Of a DNA stretch of 64,000 bases, positions 59,998-64,000 are shown piece after piece. Where the stretch lies: the NCBI RefSeq assembly GCF_032444005.1, contig NC_091285.1:632276001-632340000 (forward strand), written 5' to 3'. Made by a program: the position numbers and the translations under genes. The notes under the pieces are model-generated. The model made no database searches. It worked only from the letters and a program-made list of their open reading frames with translations, and was not told where the DNA came from. This DNA is from Ranitomeya imitator. Taxonomy: Eukaryota. Positions within the stretch are counted from its first letter, which is position 1. Each line of letters begins with the position of its first letter.

Positions 59998-60850
59998 CAT
60001 TGCACTATAATGGTCCAGAAGTGCTTTATAAATAAAAACCCAGTGGCCTCACATAGAAAAAAAATGCTCACGTTTCCCCGATGCTCCGGTCTCTACAGTG
60101 CATCTTCTGATCCTCTGCATTGCTCAGCACAGTGGGTGCGTTGTAATGACGTCATCACACCCACTGCACTGAGACGCCAGAAGCAGAGAGAGAATGATGG
60201 CGGAGGGACCTTCAGCTGACACTCCATCATTCATCATTGCTTTCAACTGTATCGGAACACAGAATGCAGCTACAGTTGAGATTGCGATGCCAGCCAGGGG
60301 CCTGCCCAGTGTCGTGTGCCAAATATCTTCACATTGTGGGCCCAATATGGCCCATGGGCCAGAGCTTGAAATGTGTAGTCTAAGGTAAAGGTGGAGCGCG
60401 TGCCTGACCTCCGCTTCCATAGATTAATGGAGAGGTGGTCACATACGCAGACTATGGCTCCCAGGGAGATGGGACCCTCGTTCTTGTGACCCAGTTATCA
60501 TACATTTGCCATCTGTCCTGCTGATACTTGATATTGTCTGTGGTTTATCCATTTTCCTCAATTTGTAAGGCTCCTAAAACTAAGGCACCCCCTGGTGGTA
60601 GGTGTGGTGGAGATGGGGAGGTCAGACGCTGTAAATTTACAGCACCTGGTCCTGGCGCACCAGTGCCTGAAATCAAGAAGGAGCAGATCAGGTCTCCGGC
60701 AGTCAGAACTGCTGGGTCCTATTAGATCAACTCTATCAGCGATGTGGAGTACAGCAGGGGGCTGTATTCCCCGGTAACTGGGGCAACTTTGGATGTTTTC
60801 ATATTCCCCTGTAATTGGGGCTCAACTGTAATGGATGTTTGGTCATTAGT

Positions 60851-61159
60851 AGTGATGAGCGAATATACTTGTTACTCGAGATCTCTCGAGCATGCTCGGG
60901 GGTCCTCCGAGTATTTTTTAGTGCTCGGAGATTTAGTTTTTCTTGCCGCAGCAGAATGATTTACAGCTATTAGGCAGCTTGATTACATGTGGGGATTCCC
61001 TAGCAACCAGGCAACCCCCACATGTACTTAAGCTGGCTAACAGATGTAAATCAATCAACTGCAGCAAGAAAAACTAAAACTCCGAGCACTAAAAAATACT
61101 CGGAGGACCCCCGAGCGTGCTAGAGAAATCTCGAGTAACGAGTATATTCGCTCATCACT
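60851..61159. mobile_element. Palindromic MITE with AGTGATGAGCGA termini (related copies near 3525, 35142, 39825, 43600)
   Basis: AGTGATGAGCGAATATAC ... GTATATTCGCTCATCACT; superfamily not assigned. Confidence 0.75.
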
Positions 61160-61487
61160 ATTGGTTACCATTATGCCTGTAATGGGGGCTTTGGTTGCCA
61201 CTATTGTGAGGGGGCAGGAGCTGAATGTGGCTCACGACCCTCTCTCAAGGCTGGATGTGGCTCTCAAGGTCAGAACCGTTGGGGACCTCTGCTCTAAACC
61301 GTTCAGGGCTCCATAGGAAGGAAGGAGCTCAATGGAAAAGGCTGATTGTGCTAGGGACCCAATAACCCAGGCTGGACACTATCTCCATGTTGGTGTGGAC
61401 TATAAAAGTTGTAAGACACCCACATTAAAGGGGTCTATCCAACAGACAAACTCCCCTTATATCCCCCCCAACACTGCAGCCACGTAC

Positions 61488-61624
61488 CGTGATGTCTTCC
61501 AGGGAGGAGTCGATGATTTTGTAGTTATCGGGCAGACAATAAAACATTAAGGTGTGCAGATTTAGGAAAACGTGGTGACTAAACTGAACGCTGTGGATGT
61601 ATGCATGAGACTTCAGCCCCCGAC
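61488..61624 (-). CDS. USP39: USP39 exon 4
   Basis: GRGLKSHAYIHSVQFSHHVFLNLHTLMFYCLPDNYKIIDSSLEDIT. Confidence 0.97.
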
Positions 61625-61706
61625 CTGCGGATGGAGGAGAGAACATTCAGGGGGTCACACTCTGCCCCCCCAGTCGGATCCTAATCAGCCGGAGCCGGTC
61701 ACTTAC

Positions 61707-61801
61707 CCTGGAAGTACTTCCCGCACACCAGGCAGGCGTAGGCATTAATGTGGGACAGGGATATAGAGCACAACTTCTCAAAGTCAAAATCCAAGACGCT
61801 C
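61707..61801 (-). CDS. USP39: USP39 exon 3
   Basis: SVLDFDFEKLCSISLSHINAYACLVCGKYFQ; AG/GT boundaries, phase 2/1. Confidence 0.97.
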
Positions 61802-62305
61802 CTGTAAGAAGAGCCAGAGAGTAAGGTGAGAACGGAAACTTCTACATTACCAGTCCAGCCTTCTCACTGTAAGGCACCAGTCACACATCTACAAGAGTTA
61901 CTACATGAGAAAAATAAAACTAATTTTTTCTCGGGTGTCATCTTAGTCAAATAAGTTTTCTTTTTCCACTGAAAAGCTGTGATGGATTCCAAGACCCCCT
62001 GAAGGTCACACGTTATCATTCTAATTGATAAACAGATTGACAAGACATCAGAAACCTTCTGATTTGTATCTGTGTCTCCAGGATCCTCATAGACTTTAAG
62101 GGCCAATTCTGACAAACAAGGTCAATCAGAATAGGACCTGCTCCGAGCCTCCCGGATCTGGGATTTCAACTGATGTTAGAACAAATCTAATCTACGCAAA
62201 GAAAAATGAATTGACAAACAAAATAAATAAATAATGAAAAAGAAAAAATCATCGGACTGCACTCAGACGTTGCATACGGATGTGAGAGTGCAGCCTAACA
62301 CTGAC

Positions 62306-62381
62306 CTATTGATGGTGTCCAGATATGGGCAATGCCTGCTGCGCCGATCCTTCTGCTCATAGCGAACGTACTTGGCTTTAA
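62306..62381 (-). CDS. USP39: USP39 exon 2
   Basis: (V)KAKYVRYEQKDRRSRHCPYLDTIN(R); the DRRSRHCPYLDTINR motif begins the ZnF-UBP region. Confidence 0.95.
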
Positions 62382-63589
62382 CTGAAAGATATAACATAGG
62401 GATTTATTGTTCATGTACAGGAAGTGTTATAGAAATCAATAACAATGATCTCTGAGGAGTCTGTACTGAAATACACAGGTGCTTCTCACTAAATTACAGT
62501 ATCAAAAGTGGCATGGAGGCGATCAGCCTGTGGCATTGCTGAGGGGTTATGGAAGCCCAGGTTGCTTTGATAGCTGAGCACCACTGATTGGTGTGGGGAT
62601 TAATCACATTTTTTTCCTAGAGTAGGAATTGTCCCTTCAGGACAAGCTGTTTCCATCTTTACCATCTTGCTGCTGGGTCCCCTTCTATTATAAAAAATGG
62701 CGGATCTGCTCTAAAACACGTGTCCTGCTCTGGGGTATTTGGTATGACTGAGTATTACATAGTCACTTATTGATCTGAATGGATGACATTTAAGGAAGCC
62801 GCCCTCCTCCTGCCATCAGTTTTTATCCCCTTAATATATTGCTATCATAATATTATATAGCCCTGCGTTCTTACAATTGCTCATTTTCCCTTCTACCCAG
62901 TTTATTCTTCTCTTTTCCATGACATCACATGATTAATAACTGATTAGCTGAATTCTTCTTAACTCCATGTAGAAACAGGAGGTCAATTTTACCTGCATGA
63001 GTCATAAGTCACTCCAAAAGTCCCTGGAATGGGGAGGTGAAGAGGGGAAATGATAGATGCAGGGACAAGAGACTTCCTGTTTCTACATAGAGCAGAGAAA
63101 AGAGACGAATTATCTAGGTAGAAAGGCAAAATGAGCAATTGTAAGTGCACAGTGCTATATAATGTGAGGACTGCAATATATTAGGAGGATACAGCCTTTG
63201 ATGGGAGGAGGAGGAGGGTGAGGGCTTCTTTAAGAATTCCATTCTCGCCACAGCTTCTTATAGTGAGCAGATATGATATGTAGACTCTTAGTGACCTCAC
63301 TTAGAAGGGTTATGGGGGCCCTCATTACTCAGCTCTACAGTCTGCAGTAAGGTTCCCACCTGTAACACAGGCTGCCCCCACAGTAAAGAGTGGCAGTGTA
63401 AGCAGCCACGTTGTTTATCACATGAGGAGTCGTGATGACCAGAACAACCAATCACAGGTCGGCTTGTATATGTGCACAACAGCACAGAAAATGAAAGCCG
63501 ATTGCTTATTGGTTGATGTAATTTAGATCGGGTAGATGCCAGCGAACAGCACGTAACTACAGCCCGTATCATAATCCCAGTGTACACAC

Positions 63590-63659
63590 CTACAGCCGCC
63601 GCCTCCTCTTCCTTCACGTTCTCCTCCGCTTCACGTTTAAGCCGTTTCCCCACGTTCAT
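63590..63659 (-). CDS. USP39: USP39 exon 1
   Basis: ATG at 63659; MNVGKRLKREAEENVKEEEAAAV, then G|GTGTGT (phase 1, fits exon 2). Confidence 0.8.
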
Positions 63660-63936
63660 TTTTCTCACACCGCCACAGTTGCGTACCGAGCCTCGAATCT
63701 AAGAAACACCTCGCCCCCTTAGAAAAGAGATCATTGATTGGTCGATGCAGAACTAGAGCGAGGCTTGACACGCAGACAAGTTCTAGGCTCTCATTGGTTC
63801 CCTCTGTGTAACTTTTGACCCGGACACCAATCATCTTTGAGCTCTGTTGGGTCTGCCGTCCAATCAGCAGGAAGGAGGATTAAACCGCATAGAAAGGGGA
63901 TTTGGAGACTCCGCGACCGCCAGTGATCGGAGGGGG
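63660..63936. promoter_or_regulatory. Bidirectional USP39/C2orf68 promoter
   Basis: 277 bp between divergent ATGs; CpG-rich; CCAAT boxes at 63737 (ATTGG), 63793 (ATTGG) and 63860 (CCAAT). Confidence 0.75.
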
Positions 63937-64000
63937 ATGGAGGAAGAAGCGGAGTCGCGGGTGAGAGCGGGGCCCGGCGGACGGCTGGACATGAATCATG
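63937..64000 (+). CDS. C2orf68: C2orf68 orthologue, first coding exon (runs off the window)
   Basis: MEEEAESRVRAGPGGRLDMNH(G) matches the recalled human N-terminal motif PGGRLDMNHGF; head-to-head with USP39 as in human. Confidence 0.8.
   Translation, partial: MEEEAESRVRAGPGGRLDMNH

Noticed and set aside
59107-60000. Repetitive ORFs (GPLYCMEDY...)n
   Set aside because: Minisatellite translation.
63660-63668. ORF-track start MRKM for USP39 exon 1
   Set aside because: The codon at 63668-63666 is GTG; the first true ATG is at 63659.

Overview
Vertebrate genomic DNA, most likely from a frog (inferred from the repeat landscape and protein similarity), with three N-gaps (16008-16276, 36985-37201, 54474-54665). 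I reconstructed three host genes by hand from GT-AG exons with consistent phases. (1) SFTPB, surfactant protein B precursor: + strand, 11 coding exons, 16484-40582, about 393 aa. (2) USP39/SAD1: - strand, 13 coding exons, 63659-44957, about 500 aa, with the end of exon 8 in a gap. (3) The first codons of C2orf68 (+, from 63937), head-to-head with USP39 across a CCAAT-rich bidirectional promoter. As I recall it, this matches the human 2p11.2 gene order. The rest is a dense, nested set of mobile elements: two Tc1 elements with intact DD34E transposase ORFs, Gypsy remnants and solo LTRs, Helitron-like elements with internal minisatellites, a Penelope GIY-YIG remnant, CR1 3' ends and many MITEs. 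Most long ORFs in the supplied track are read-throughs of tandem repeats. The most unusual observations are: a complete non-autonomous LTR element whose internal ORF encodes a cold-shock-domain-like (OB-fold) protein instead of gag-pol, with a second decayed homologue 14 kb away; a partial copy of USP39 exon 6 inserted between two 660-bp direct repeats in intron 9; a minisatellite built from the exon-6 splice donor; and a 1.1-kb fold-back insertion with a decayed hammerhead-like core. No database searches could be run; family names come from recalled motifs.
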